DNA of 63,790 nucleotides, counting the filler, from Octopus bimaculoides (Eukaryota): NCBI RefSeq assembly GCF_001194135.2. It is 6 parts of 6 records of this genome, joined end to end, with 100 filler letters (N's around TTAATTAATTAA, not from the genome) between each part and the next. Parts side by side here need not be neighbours in the genome. Positions count along the whole stretch, not along the records: positions 62,697 to 63,790 come from NW_026425371.1; 5 more parts are not named here. One strand, given 5' to 3'. Positions 63,400-63,790 of the stretch are shown here, one piece after another. A program made the position numbers and the translations under genes. The notes beneath the pieces were generated by a model, which was not told the DNA's origin, did no database searches, and saw only the letters and a program-made list of their open reading frames with translations. How positions within the stretch are numbered: the first letter of the stretch is position 1; every line of letters begins with the position of its first letter.

Positions 63400-63790
63400 C
63401 AGTATATCACAAATACTTTTGGATAAAGCCTTGATATTCGCCCAAAATTATACTACCATCCGAAGATCGGATATCAATATCATTCTGGCAATGAAGAAAA
63501 TTCTAATTCAATTTAAGGGTAATTATTGAACGCGCAACGAATGTATGGATTACTTCGATATAACAATGGACACAACAGACTCCGCTCACGCACAAACCTT
63601 GTGGGCTTGTTCCTCATCCCTTCAGATTAAACAATACTTGCCTAACATAACCAATGGACTATAGAGGGATGATGCACTTCTTGCAGTAACTGGATGACCT
63701 CAACCTTCAGTAGAACGCACAAGGACAGCCCTACGCAAAATCTTCAAAATCTACAGCCTAAATATTTCATTCGAAACTGATACCAATTTT
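63400..63790 (+). pseudogene. Penelope-like RT fragment (GLYRDD type), running off the window end
   Basis: FDITM..D.A...LVGLFLI...GLYRDDALL...ERTRTALRKIFK. Confidence 0.7.

Overview
Repeat-dominated, AT-rich eukaryotic DNA. The SINE families, microsatellite load and (TTAGGG)n relics point to a coleoid cephalopod, most likely Octopus (inference). The window is six original scaffolds joined by artificial 100-bp spacers (44 N + TTAATTAATTAA + 44 N), so long-range order is not sequence-supported. No intact protein-coding gene is visible: only 2-3 possible short exons, and most ORF-track entries are microsatellite or N-gap artefacts. Recognisable content is decayed mobile DNA: Penelope-like elements (RT, GIY-YIG), two Helitron bodies plus a non-autonomous 5' end, R4/Dong-type RLE LINEs, CR1, RTE-X, RTE/BovB-like, Tx1-like ORF1, Tc1/mariner (one DD37D), pogo, GG-ended MITEs with 8-bp TSDs, and tRNA-derived SINEs. 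The main discovery candidate is at 29305-29772. Two canonical type I hammerhead ribozymes with a long bulged stem I lie exactly 349 nt apart. A diverged copy of the same unit at 2485-2738 reads through the unit junction and shows compensatory base-pair changes. This is retrozyme architecture (self-cleaving, potentially circRNA-producing element). About eight further minimal, Penelope-type hammerhead motifs, including U3-A8 and C4 core variants, are scattered through the window. All folds and alignments were done by eye.
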